Shown here piece after piece: positions 43,032 to 53,773 of a DNA stretch of 64,000 bases. Each line of letters begins with the position of its first letter. The first letter of the stretch is position 1. The DNA comes from Andalucia godoyi And28. Lineage: Eukaryota > Protista > Jakobida. The stretch spans positions 487,636 through 551,635 of the forward strand of contig VRVR01000001.1 of NCBI GenBank assembly GCA_009859145.1, read 5' to 3'. Under the pieces are notes generated by a model that saw nothing but the letters and a program-made list of their open reading frames with translations, made no database searches and was not told where the DNA came from. Both the position numbers and the translations under genes were made by a program.

Positions 43032-44201
43032 TCAAGTAGCATAGACGAACTCCAGATGCGGAAACATTTGGGGAAGACCCTCCAACGAACGATCCAACGA
43101 TGCGATGATGATTCGAGGAGCAACTCTCTTGGGCGATCTTGACTGCGTCTCGTCCACATGAAGTCCATCATCCATGGCTCTGTGCTGTTCAGCGAGCACA
43201 CCAACGTCAGCAGCGAGCATCAGTGAGCTCATGAGCACGTTTGGCAGATCGCTCGTCAGGCGCGGGACAGCGCGAACATGCAATCGACTATAGTCTACGA
43301 ACGGCTTCAAAAACCGGAAGTATTCGAAAACATCGGCAGGAACCATCGGTTCTTTGGAAGCACTTGCGCCCGCGGAAGCCTGCTCCGTCTGCGGCTCGGC
43401 GCTCGCTGGAACATAAACATGACACTCTCGTATGATCTGTGACGAGCAGAGAGAAACTAAATTCTTAGGGACGAATACCGGATCACCCTTGAAGTTATGT
43501 GCATCCAGAAACAAGAACGCTGGTGGACTCCGTTGCTGGCACTTCTTGTGCAGACGATCGACGGCAATTTCTGTCATGGAGGCAAGCTCGTCTTCAAAGT
43601 CGGGTCGCAACGTCGCCGCAACGCGGCTCACGAGACACGCATATGCAAGGGAAAATGGCATCGAGCCACCTTCCGAAACAGGATGCGAAAAGCAACATTT
43701 TTCATCATAGCATTTCCCGAACAGGTGTGTCTGACACGGAATTCCAAAGCCATGGGCAAACGGACAGAACCGAGCATCGTCGCTCAGAAACATGCATGTT
43801 AGCCCGCTCATAGCAGCACCGCATGGAATTTCAGCACAGTGCTGAACAAAAACCTCGATGAATGGATGCTCCTGCAGCCTCAGCTCTAATACCTTTGTCA
43901 GCCACTCGACGACAGGGAGTCGATAGTTCTGGTCCCCAATTCGGGCAGCGACCATGCAAGCATACTCGATCGAGAATGGAGATACTGGCGAATGCGAATA
44001 CGCGCAGGCAGAATCAATATGAACACACTCCTTCAACATGTGGAAATGAGAACAGGGGATATCCCGAGAATGGGCGAACGGACACACAGAATGATCGTGC
44101 TCCGTCCCAGCCGCCAGTCGTCCACAAGGAATCTTGCCAACCAATTCTCCAAACAGCTCTCCATTCTGCAGAAACTGAGGAAATACAAACGACTTGGACA
44201 T
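43032..44201 (-). CDS. Protein with tandem CCCH zinc fingers and a C-terminal NYN/PIN-like domain
   Basis: Two internal repeats, each with paired C-x-C-x-C-x3-H fingers. C-terminal AFLFLDAHN and IIIASLDRSL resemble NYN motifs. Confidence 0.65.
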   Translation of the reverse strand: MSKSFVFPQFLQNGELFGELVGKIPCGRLAAGTEHDHSVCPFAHSRDIPCSHFHMLKECVHIDSACAYSHSPVSPFSIEYACMVAARIGDQNYRLPVVEWLTKVLELRLQEHPFIEVFVQHCAEIPCGAAMSGLTCMFLSDDARFCPFAHGFGIPCQTHLFGKCYDEKCCFSHPVSEGGSMPFSLAYACLVSRVAATLRPDFEDELASMTEIAVDRLHKKCQQRSPPAFLFLDAHNFKGDPVFVPKNLVSLCSSQIIRECHVYVPASAEPQTEQASAGASASKEPMVPADVFEYFRFLKPFVDYSRLHVRAVPRLTSDLPNVLMSSLMLAADVGVLAEQHRAMDDGLHVDETQSRSPKRVAPRIIIASLDRSLEGLPQMFPHLEFVYAT

Positions 44202-44471
44202 GTGCAAGTTTGTTCCCGGACTCCAGCCCGCGCCGTTGCTTTCTGCTGCACAAGTTCCTCAACACCAACAACAACAGCAACAGACAATGGCAGCGCCACG
44301 ACACAAAAATCAAATAAAATGTACTAATAAAAAAAAATAGCAACATAAAAAATAAAAAGGCAGCCAACGCCCGACTCCCCGCACCTCACTACAGCGCCTC
44401 GATATTTGTCGACTCCTTTTAATGTTTCATTTCTTTATTTGTTTGAGAGGGCCTCGACGTTCAGTTCATCG

Positions 44472-45097
44472 TCGGCTGAGCTGTCATCGGACTGTCATCG
44501 AAGACAGATCCAAGCCACATGTTTTTATTGTTTTTATGAATTTGGGGCGAACACCAACTCTTCAATGCAGGTTGCTGGTCATCGCAACCAACACATTCCC
44601 CAATGGAGTCAGCATCCAGAAAAATGAATGTTGGAGGAAACAGAATGTGTTCGGCGGTGGGACACATTGCGCCTGACGACGCTTTTGCCTTTGCCTCTTC
44701 TTGTTCTCAGACTTGAAAAAAGGCGCATTCCGAACGCAATCGATCACATCTCCGTGATTTAACATATCTTGTTCTTCGCCTCGGACGAGAGGGGGATCAA
44801 CGGGTTTTCTTGGTTCTCGGCATCTTCGGACATGGCCAATTTGGGTTTTCTGGGGAAGATCCCTCCTTGGAGCCATGCAATGCTTTGTCTTTGATGAACG
44901 GTGCTGCTTAAGAGTTCGATCGATAAAAAGCAAACACACAGAAAATAGTACAAGGGAGAATAAAAGTGAAGAATGATAAGGAGTCCTGAGCTTGACTACG
45001 GTAAGAACGTCGCGTCCCCACAGGGTTGGACAAGCAAACTTCCGGTATGATGTTGTTTGCTTGAGGTTCAATGTTGAAACACAAAGCGGTCAACCGT
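44472..45097. repeat. Dispersed repeat copy A (626 bp)
   Basis: Near-identical to 62231-62628 apart from indels. Confidence 0.92.
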
Positions 45098-45113
45098 GTT
45101 TTTCGTGTCGTGT

Positions 45114-45158
45114 TCAGTTCCGTCAGTTCCGTCAGTTCCGTCAGTTCCGTCAGTTCCG
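45114..45158 (+). repeat. (TCAGTTCCG)5 tandem repeat in the dynactin leader
   Basis: Five perfect 9-mers ending 60 nt before the ATG at 45219. Confidence 0.95.
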
Positions 45159-45218
45159 TCAACAGTATTATTGTTTGACGCGGCCGTGGCGGGAGAGAAA
45201 CAGGTATCGAGACGAGAA

Positions 45219-47094
45219 ATGGTGCTGACGGTCAAGTACCAGGGAGCTCCAGTTGTCCTGCGCTATTTGGGTCGCATAGAAGGACGCGACGGAGTGTTTG
45301 CTGGTGTTGAGCTTAGTGTTCCGGACGGTGAGTCGAACGGGGCTCTGAACGGGGTCTCGTATTTTTCGTGTCCGGACAATTGCGGCCTGTTCGTACCGGA
45401 GTCTTTGGTGGATCCGTTGTTTGAGGAAGCGTATGTTGATGAACTGGCGCTGGATAAGGATCTTGCGATGGGAGAGCTGGATGCGCTGAAACTCGAGTTT
45501 GAGCTGCATCGAAGCGACGCGAATGCAAAGACAAAGAAGACAGAGGAGCAGATTGTGGAATTGCTGGAACAGGTGGATTCGCTATCGAACGCGCAAAAAC
45601 TGGTGGAGAACTTGTCTGAAAAAGTTCTGCAACTGGAGAGCGAGCTGCAAGCCAGGCAATTTCTGCTGAATGATCTTCAAGAATTCAAGGACATGGCAAC
45701 GGAGCTTGAGGAGCACTCGCAGGAGGAGCTGCGATACCTGCGGTCGCAAGTGGTTGATTCCGAAGCACTTGTCTTTAATCTCAAGAATGAAGTTGCGAGA
45801 TTGGACGTTTCCCTGAAGAATGCTCAAACCTCGGTCTTGTCGTATCGCGAGCGTTGCGCACAGTTAGAGCGCCAGCTGGGCCTTATTGCAGATGCGCAGG
45901 CGACCTCCCAATCACGAGAGGAAGAGCTGAAGTCGTCCGTATCCTCCCTGCAAGTGGTCCAGATGCAGTACCAGGAAGCTCAAAAGAGCGTCAACCAGTT
46001 GCGCAATCGCATCGCGCTTCTCGAGGCGGATGACTACTTCTTGCGCACTTCATTTGAGCACATCAAGACGTGTCTCCCAGATATTGTGATTCGGAGCGAC
46101 AAATGGAGAACGTCAGTTTCGTGTGCGAGTCTTGGGTTCGTCTCCAAATGGGTCAGACAACAGACTGGGCCTCTGTTCTCGCTGTACGGCATGCTGCTGG
46201 ACCACACAGTCCCACGGGATTCTCCGGCAGAGATGCTGTCGCTGGCGCCGTACACGCAGATGGCAAAAACTGCGTGCATGGGATTCTCTCACAGAGGGAT
46301 GGCGTTCCCTTTCACTGAGTTGATGGACCCGCTTTTGCAAATTGGCTTGCCAAATTCCCCGTTGGTGTGCCGCGAACTGGCTCTCTTTGCCGTCCGTGTT
46401 CTGGAGATGAGCGGTGAGAAGGAACAGGAGCTTTGCAAAGCGGCGTCGAAACTGCTTCGAAATGCGAGAAGCTCGTCTTATGTTCGATGGGTGGAGGTCT
46501 CTTTGCCGTCAGTGACAACCTTTTTCGCGCACATCTGCCACTTGATGACTACAGAGCTGGAGGTGCAGATTGCGCTGACGTTTTTCACCCGTGTTTGCCC
46601 TGGCATACAGGACGTGTTTACGGAAGTGATGTTGCATGATCACTCTGCATCTCTGCAATTCGTGTACGAACACTGGTCTGACCTCGTTGACTCCGCGTCG
46701 CTGTCTTTACTGCTGAATTCAGTATCTGGAGATGTGCCGCTAGACCAGCCGAAGGTCAGTGACTCCGACAAACATTGGATGCCTGATCGAACGCTCGAAA
46801 ACAACATCAAATCTGGACTGGGGGAACTGCGAGAAGAACTCAATTCGATGCCAGAATTGAAAGGCGCAGTGTCCAGCCTCTCGTCTCAAGTCACGGAGCG
46901 GAACGAGATGATAGAAACTCTTCAGAAGGAAGTGGATGCAGCGCACGGCAAAGTCGTCATGATGAAGGGGCTGCATGCACAGATTGAAAGTCAAAAGATT
47001 GAGATCGAACAGCTTCGGCAGCTGAACAAGGACTATGAGGAAGCCATTGCACATTTGGAGGAAGAAGTCGGTGCTTCAAAGTCGTCGTCGTCGT

Positions 47095-47134
<40 letters not shown>

Positions 47135-47501
47135 GGTCGCTACGTCGAAGACAAAGGTTGTGCATGCCGCCAGCGGAACTTCGGAAGAGGCTCAGATTGT
47201 CATCGATTCTCTGAAGAGCTCGCTCGCTTATTACAAGGATCTGCTTGAGCAGACGCGGTCATCCCTTGTCAAATTCCGCGGCTCATGGATTGCAGATCCT
47301 CTGACGAAGACGGTGCCAACAAACGGTGCCGTGGAAAAAGACCGCGTTATCCGGAAGCATGCGGACAGTCTTGTTCGCACCAGGCTGCTGAAACAACGCA
47401 TTTTACCTGCTGTTCCTTTTGAACATTCCAGGGACTCGGCCGTTTCCTGGATGAATGCCTCTCACGAGATATTTTCGTCCTCCAATCCAGTCCGCACATG
47501 A
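45219..47501 (+). CDS. DCTN1: Dynactin p150 (CAP-Gly plus coiled coil), shortened
   Basis: CAP-Gly (FAGVEL...G.SYF.C...GLFV) and a p150-like coiled coil (LLEQVDSLSNAQKLVENLSEKVLQLE...ELEE). Confidence 0.8.
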
Positions 47502-48559
47502 GGCTCATCCGCAATCTTCACTTCTTTCACGGCGGCACTGACCACCTTTTCGATGTTGATTCGAAGTGCGTCAATGCCCGTTCCGGTCATTGCGGAAACG
47601 ACTTGAACAGGGGCGTTTGGATCCATTTGCTTGAGCATGTTTTCCGCTTTGATGCAGTCCTTGTCGGACATCAGGTCCATTTTGTTCGCGACCAAAATGC
47701 GTCTGCGCCGCAATAAAGTGCTGTCAAATTGCTGCAGCTCCTTCATCAACGTCTTGTACGTTTCGCTTAGAGTGCTGAGATCGGTGGCGTCGAAGACAAG
47801 CATGAGGCACTCCGTTCGCTGAATGTGTCGGAGAAAGCGGTGTCCGAGTCCGCGATTCTCATTCGCGCCTTCCACAAGCCCTGGAATGTCCGCAATCGTT
47901 ATCGAGTCCAAATAGTCGGATCGCTCAAGAAAGCCGACCCACGGTTGCAGCGTCGTGAATGCGTATTCGGCAACCTTGGGCTTAGACTTTGTCAGTGCTC
48001 CCAACAAGGCGGACTTCCCAGCATTTGGCAGACCGACCAATCCGACTTGTGCCAGGGTGCGCAAATCCATGATCACTGATCGTTGATCTCCCTTTTGTCC
48101 GTCTGTCGAGGTCTTTGGAGATCTGCTGGATCCACTCACAAACGCCGCATTTCCCACTCCGCCACGGCCACCTGAAGCGACAGCCACGCGAGCCCCATGA
48201 ACAGAAAGGTCCGCAAGCACGGCACCCGACTCCTTATCCGTGATAATGGTGCCGACGGGAACGTACACAATTCTGTCTGCACCACTCTTTCCGTTGCATT
48301 GCGATCCGCCGCCAGGCATTCCATTCGATGCCTTGAGCATGAATGGCATTCCCTGGAGAGACCGCACTCCTGAACTGGCCTCAATAAACACACTTCCTCC
48401 ATTTCCGCCATGACCGCCATCCGGCGGCGCGACTCGCTTGTTGGCAGCACGCGCAAACGACACGCTTCCTCGACCGCCCTTTCCCGCAGATATCACCACT
48501 TCGGCATGATCTATAAAGGTCGCCGCAAACCGTCGAATCCTACTTGACAAGTGGAACAT
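47462..48559 (-). CDS. MTG2: Mitochondrial Obg-family GTPase
   Basis: Short presequence MFHLSSRIRRF, Gly-rich Obg fold (GKGGRG, PDGGHGGNGG), GLPNAGKS, YAFTTL, DIPGL and NKMD. Confidence 0.88.
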   Translation of the reverse strand: MFHLSSRIRRFAATFIDHAEVVISAGKGGRGSVSFARAANKRVAPPDGGHGGNGGSVFIEASSGVRSLQGMPFMLKASNGMPGGGSQCNGKSGADRIVYVPVGTIITDKESGAVLADLSVHGARVAVASGGRGGVGNAAFVSGSSRSPKTSTDGQKGDQRSVIMDLRTLAQVGLVGLPNAGKSALLGALTKSKPKVAEYAFTTLQPWVGFLERSDYLDSITIADIPGLVEGANENRGLGHRFLRHIQRTECLMLVFDATDLSTLSETYKTLMKELQQFDSTLLRRRRILVANKMDLMSDKDCIKAENMLKQMDPNAPVQVVSAMTGTGIDALRINIEKVVSAAVKEVKIADEPHVRTGLEDENIS

Positions 48560-49082
48560 CCGATCTGCGTGTGCGTCTCTATGTATGTACGTGCGAATGA
48601 CGGGACAGGACGGGACAGAATGGGATAGGATATGGTAGCTCGAAAAAGAACAATAGCAGCACCCTCCGCTGCAAGACAACCAAGAGAAATCACTGATCAG
48701 AAACGCGCGTTCCCCTCGTGGAAAAATGAAACGAAAAAGTGTCATTGGCCTTATTTTTCGGGTTGATTTCCTCTCAGTGCTTTCGCCCCACTTTCTTTCC
48801 GTTTTGACGTGCAGATCGTAGTTCGTGGGGGTGTCCCCGACCGAATCTGACTGCAACTTGATGTGCATTCTTGTGGCGGCAGCGTGCTCGCAGTCCACAC
48901 CGTTCATAGTCCACAGCGGAGCGCCCGACATCTTTTCCATCAAATCTAAAGCAGTGCCTCTGGAGAAAAGAAGAGGTTGTGCGTGTGCGTGCGTGCTTGT
49001 TTGAGGAGTTGGTTTGGGAGTTTTTTGTTCGTTTCACCATTATTGTTTATTGTTGAGCAGTACTTACAGGTAGGTTTACGAG

Positions 49083-50336
49083 ATGGCTTGGTATTCGTTT
49101 CTGGAAGACCTGGATCCGATTTTGCAAGCGTTTATTTGCACGTGTTTTACGTGGTTCATGACTGCTCTTGGGGCAGCGATGGTACTTTTCACAAAAGACG
49201 TCTCCCCGTCGTTCCTAAAAGCATCGTTTGGAGTGTCTGCGGGGATTATGACTGCGGCTTCGTTTTTCTCTCTTCTTGCTCCAGCACAGGAAAGTGCGAC
49301 TGAGCAGATGGGCGCCGATCTTGCCTTCATCCCTCTTGTCGTCGGATTCTTGTTTGGCGTGCTTTTGCTCGAAGTGTTTGAACGAGTTCTTCAGCGACTG
49401 TTCCGCCAGGCTGGCATTGTCAGCGAAGATGAGCTTTACACAAGTGCGCAGCATTTGCCTACCGACGACGTGGAGCGGTCAGACAAGGAAGGCGAAAGCG
49501 AAAGCAGAAGAGGCCCGGACCAACCCGATGAGTTCCTGAACGACTCGGACGGACGGCCATTGGATCCACCACCCTCTGTTTCGCGGCTGCTGCAGATTGA
49601 GGAAACGCAGTCCCAGTTCTCTGATGGGGGCGTTGCCAGCAGCCTCAACGAAGTCGTCAGCAGCAGTAGCAATAGTGAGAGTAATGGTAGCAAAAGAACG
49701 AACGCTGCGAGTGTGGATAGTTCGGTGACGAACGAACATCAGCTGCTGGCGGGGCACACGAAGCGTTCGTCGGTGGACTCTGCCGGTGATGCCGCCAATG
49801 CGATGTCTTCGCATGCGGTGACAGTGTCGTCCGCAGCGACGCAGCCAATGGTGATGCCGGAGCTGGACGGGCCCTCTGGATTCCACCGAGCGATGCTGCT
49901 GGTGCTGTCGATCACCATGCACAACTTCCCCGAAGGAATGGTGGTCGGCATTGCGTTCGGGGCTGCAGCCAAGGGCGCAACTACAGTTGCGGCCGCAGCC
50001 ACCCTGGCGCTGGCGGTAGGACTCCAAGATTTTCCAGAAGGCGCAGCGGTATCGTTGCCACTTCGTCGCTTTGGATTCTCGCGTTCCAAGGCGTTCTTCC
50101 ATGGCCAGCTGTCCGGGTCCGTAGAGGTGTTCGGCGGCATATTCGGAGCTGCGATCGTCAGCTTGGCTACGATGTTGCTTCCCTATGCTCTGTCCCTGAG
50201 TGCTGCAGTCATGCTTGTTGTGTGCGTCCGTGAACTCATCCCAGAGGCCGTGGAAGGCGGATCTCGAGTCCTCGGCGTACGCTCGTTCGTCGCTGGGTTC
50301 GTCGTTATGATGGTCTTGGACGTTGCGTTGGGATAA
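49083..50336 (+). CDS. SLC39A11: ZIP-family metal transporter (ZIP11/GufA-like)
   Basis: TM4 HNFPEG, TM5 QDFPEGAAVS, GQLSGSVE and ELIPEA, with a long cytosolic loop. Confidence 0.88.
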   Translation: MAWYSFLEDLDPILQAFICTCFTWFMTALGAAMVLFTKDVSPSFLKASFGVSAGIMTAASFFSLLAPAQESATEQMGADLAFIPLVVGFLFGVLLLEVFERVLQRLFRQAGIVSEDELYTSAQHLPTDDVERSDKEGESESRRGPDQPDEFLNDSDGRPLDPPPSVSRLLQIEETQSQFSDGGVASSLNEVVSSSSNSESNGSKRTNAASVDSSVTNEHQLLAGHTKRSSVDSAGDAANAMSSHAVTVSSAATQPMVMPELDGPSGFHRAMLLVLSITMHNFPEGMVVGIAFGAAAKGATTVAAAATLALAVGLQDFPEGAAVSLPLRRFGFSRSKAFFHGQLSGSVEVFGGIFGAAIVSLATMLLPYALSLSAAVMLVVCVRELIPEAVEGGSRVLGVRSFVAGFVVMMVLDVALG

Positions 50337-50359
50337 TCGTTTTTCATTTTCTGTACATA

Positions 50360-50390
<31 letters not shown>

Positions 50391-50767
50391 TAAAATTCAT
50401 CCATTCTCCTTTTCTTCTTCGTCTTCATTGTCATTTGCATTACTACTACGTAACTTATTTATTCATTCATTTTTCTACATTTCTTTTTTCAAATGATTAT
50501 GGCGAGAATAGCAAGGAAGAAAGAGAAAGAAAAAAACGGAAGCAACAGCAAAAAAAGGACGACACAAACAGACGAATGGGTGATGGTGACTCATGAGACT
50601 ACTTGATGCCCTGTCAAACCGCTCCGAATGCAGCATTCCCTTTGTCGGCGCATTTGTATTCGAAGCTGGAAGAAAAACAAAGCACGACATAAATTGTTCT
50701 TTCGGACTTCCTCACTTGTTTTCCGAGTTTATTTCCATCGAGTGAGCGCAGATCAAGTAGGCCAGTC

Positions 50768-51279
50768 ATGCATCGGCGCACTCCATCCAAGTTTGCGGAC
50801 CCGTCGATTGCTTCGCGTGTGGAGGAACTTCGCAAGCAAGCAAGCCTGCTTCGCCGAGAACTGCACGAACTTGAAGACCGTGGATTCGAGACTGAGTTGC
50901 GATCTCCCGCCCCGAGCATTCCCACTACGTCCACTGCTTCCACTTCTGCTTCTTCTTTCAATATCATGGGGTCTCGGGCAATGCCGCACGGAAGAGGCTT
51001 GCATTATGTCCGTGCAATCAAATCGAGGCCGTCTCCCGAGCGCATGGTTCGGTCTCCCGTGCTGGAAAAGGAACGCATGTCAGTTGCCTATGTCGGAGAC
51101 TTTGAAGCAATCAATTCGGAACACTTGGACACTCTTCGAGATGAGATCAGAGACTTGCAACTCAGAGAACAGGAGCTGTATTCGGGTTCGTGGAAGTCCT
51201 CGATGTCATATGGTTTCTCGCCGATCCGTGCATCACAGCCATTTGGAACTGTCGAAGCGCGGTCTTACAACACCTATTC

Positions 51280-51332
<53 letters not shown>

Positions 51333-51676
51333 ACAACAGCAACAGCAACAGCAACAGCAGCATCAACAATAACAATAGCGAGTATCACAACGGCTCGTTC
51401 TATTCTTCGGCTCCGTATTCATCTTCGTCAACGTTTGCGACAAACGGTGCGAATTCTTATGCATCTCTCTATCAAGAGGAGCTCCGGCTTCGGTATCCGC
51501 AGTCTGCTGGTTTCGTCTCGGACCGTTTGAGTGGCCCGGTTACTTCGTCCAACTTGTCGCACTCATCCACGAGTTTTGAATGGGATGCGCCACCTACCGG
51601 AAGTTCGCTGGCAGACTTGATCCAGTTCCATGCTCGCAGAAAGGAAAAACTGGCCCGCGAGCTGGCTGGAATGTGA
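50768..51676 (+). CDS. Uncharacterised Ser-rich protein with short coiled coils and an (SN)n tract
   Basis: 302-aa ATG-initiated ORF with coding-like composition, followed by an AT-rich spacer. Confidence 0.6.
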
Positions 51677-52078
51677 CGTGTGAGAAGGATTTTTATGCTC
51701 CTGCGACTGCCTTTTCTGTTCTTGTTGTCATGAGTGTTTTTGTTTTTGAATATTGGTTTGATTTTTCGGGATGTTTTGTTTGTCTGTGCATCGTGCGATA
51801 TGAACATGTAAACTAGGAATAAATGATAACGCCCAGACGGCGGCTGTCTTATTGGGGATGAACATTTACATCAACCATCCAGATACAATTTCTCGAAGCC
51901 ATCCCAACATTGCACAGCATTTTAAAAAAAATGATTAAAAAAAAACTAATAAAAAAAATAAAAAATAAAAAAAAAAACGGACATAAAGAAGAAGAAGAAG
52001 TGCCAGACAAATACCAACAATATACGCCAAGCAAAAATTCGTAAACAAAACAATACACGCAACGAAAAATCAAGAGAA

Positions 52079-52086
<8 letters not shown>

Positions 52087-52146
<60 letters not shown>
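52087..52146 (+). repeat. (AG)30 microsatellite
   Basis: Perfect run in a convergent intergenic spacer. Confidence 0.95.
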
Positions 52147-52152
<6 letters not shown>

Positions 52153-52264
52153 TATAAAAATGCAGAGAAAAGAAGAAGCAAAAAACCAACAAACTGGAAA
52201 CAGAGACAATGACGATTCCGACAAATCAAGAGACGAGGGAGAAGAAGTGGCCTATGTGAAGCGT

Positions 52265-53230
52265 CTAGATACCAGCAACCGCATATCGATCTGCAGCAGC
52301 CAGTTTCTCGCGAACGAGGTCCCTGGTGACGGAGATGGCAGTGTCGTAGGCCGAGTCAAGAGCCTCTCGCGCATACGCCGCTTCGACGTTGACGATCGGG
52401 TCAAAATTTCCGTGCCTGCCAAGCTCGCGAACGTGGTCCATGTACGATGACAGAGCAAGATTGAGAACCCGCTCAGTGTCGGCTCGTCGAGAGGAAGTCA
52501 GCAGCCCGCACGATCCAGCCTGGAAGTACAAGTCAGACGAGACGGCCGACATGAACTCGTAGTTCGAGACCGCCTTCTTCCAGTTCCAGACACCGCCAGC
52601 AATGGCAGAAAACTCAAAGTATTCGTCCTTCTTCTCGCGGCGCAGGTCCTCAATGCGCGAAATGAACTTCTGCATCTTTTCAACGTCACGCAGCGCCTGT
52701 CGAGCAAGCGATTCGCGACCTTCCGCATTGGAAGACGTGTTGAGCATTGACGCAGACAAGTTTGCCGCCGATGCTGCCGCCGCCGCCGCCGATGCATACG
52801 GGGATCTGCGGGGCGATCGTGGCGAGTAGAAGGGAGAAGATGCAGGGGACGACGCAGCAAATGAGCGAGAAGGGGATGCAATCGTTTCGCGAACTGGAGA
52901 CGATGTGATTGAATGGTACGTGGCCGATGAAGCATTCAAGTTGACATTCTTGGAGGGTGATCCGGCAATCGTGGTGTTGATTCCAGACGCATACTCCGAA
53001 CCTTCCACTGACAAGAAGAGGGTCTTTCCGGAGGGGATGTGTTCAGACAAGACGCACAGGTCTCCACCGGCTTCACGAAGAACAACGCGTCCGGCGCCAG
53101 GTGCAGAAACAGACAAGAGATTGAACGCTCGGCGAATGGCTGATTCGATTTCAAAGGCGGTGGTGCCGGGGTACCACACAATGTTCTCGGAGCGGCCACG
53201 GTAGATGACGGAAATACGAGTTCGGTCCAT
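52265..53230 (-). CDS. Uncharacterised protein with a possible N-terminal ubiquitin-like (beta-grasp) domain and a helical C-terminus
   Basis: 321-aa ORF. The pattern RISVIYRGRSENIV...EIESAIRRAFNL...LREAGGDL...IPSG.TLFL suggests a beta-grasp fold. Confidence 0.65.
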   Translation of the reverse strand: MDRTRISVIYRGRSENIVWYPGTTAFEIESAIRRAFNLLSVSAPGAGRVVLREAGGDLCVLSEHIPSGKTLFLSVEGSEYASGINTTIAGSPSKNVNLNASSATYHSITSSPVRETIASPSRSFAASSPASSPFYSPRSPRRSPYASAAAAAASAANLSASMLNTSSNAEGRESLARQALRDVEKMQKFISRIEDLRREKKDEYFEFSAIAGGVWNWKKAVSNYEFMSAVSSDLYFQAGSCGLLTSSRRADTERVLNLALSSYMDHVRELGRHGNFDPIVNVEAAYAREALDSAYDTAISVTRDLVREKLAAADRYAVAGI

Positions 53231-53773
53231 TGTCAGCTGGAGAGGGGATTGATTGGAATGCTACGACCTGGAGAAACAGCAACAGCAGCAACAACAGCAA
53301 CAGCAGCAACAACAGCAACAGCAGCAACAACAACAACTGATTAAGAGAAGACGAAGAACAGAAGGATTGGAGAAAGCAGGAGGGGAGAAGCTTCCTGAGT
53401 TTTCCCAAGTTCCAGCGGGCAAAAAACAGGTCAGCCCTGCAGAACGCTTCCCTTCATCGTGCACGCTGCAACGTCCAAAGCCCAAAGTCAGAAAATGTCA
53501 CTCCTGTCACCTGTCATTTTCCTCGGGCATTTGTGAGCCGTTCAAAACTACAACGGGCGCCGATTGACCACCGCCCTTGCTCTGGATGGAGAAGCATCCC
53601 GAAACAGCAGAAACATCATGATAGAACTCGGTAATCAAGAAATAATAATAGAACATCATTAAATATCTATGTATATATGTACATACGTCTCCTACAGCCA
53701 CGGGCGACGACCCGTGCACATTCGCACCTAGCAAGCATCGCCATTGTCACCAAAAAAAACCTGGTTTTTCTGC

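Noticed and set aside
48560-48943. 128-codon in-frame extension upstream of Obg, or an ncRNA in the GC-rich 48800-48960 segment
   Set aside because: A presequence begins at ATG 48559, the extension is low-complexity, and no snRNA, snoRNA or SRP motifs were recognisable.
49915-50045. ZIP TM5 QDFPEG instead of QNFPEG
   Set aside because: QD at this position is known in ZIP transporters (e.g. Bordetella ZIP), so it is not unusual.
53253-53567. Poly-Q ORF on the plus strand
   Set aside because: Best explained as the antisense reading of the (TGY)n array upstream of the 53230 gene.
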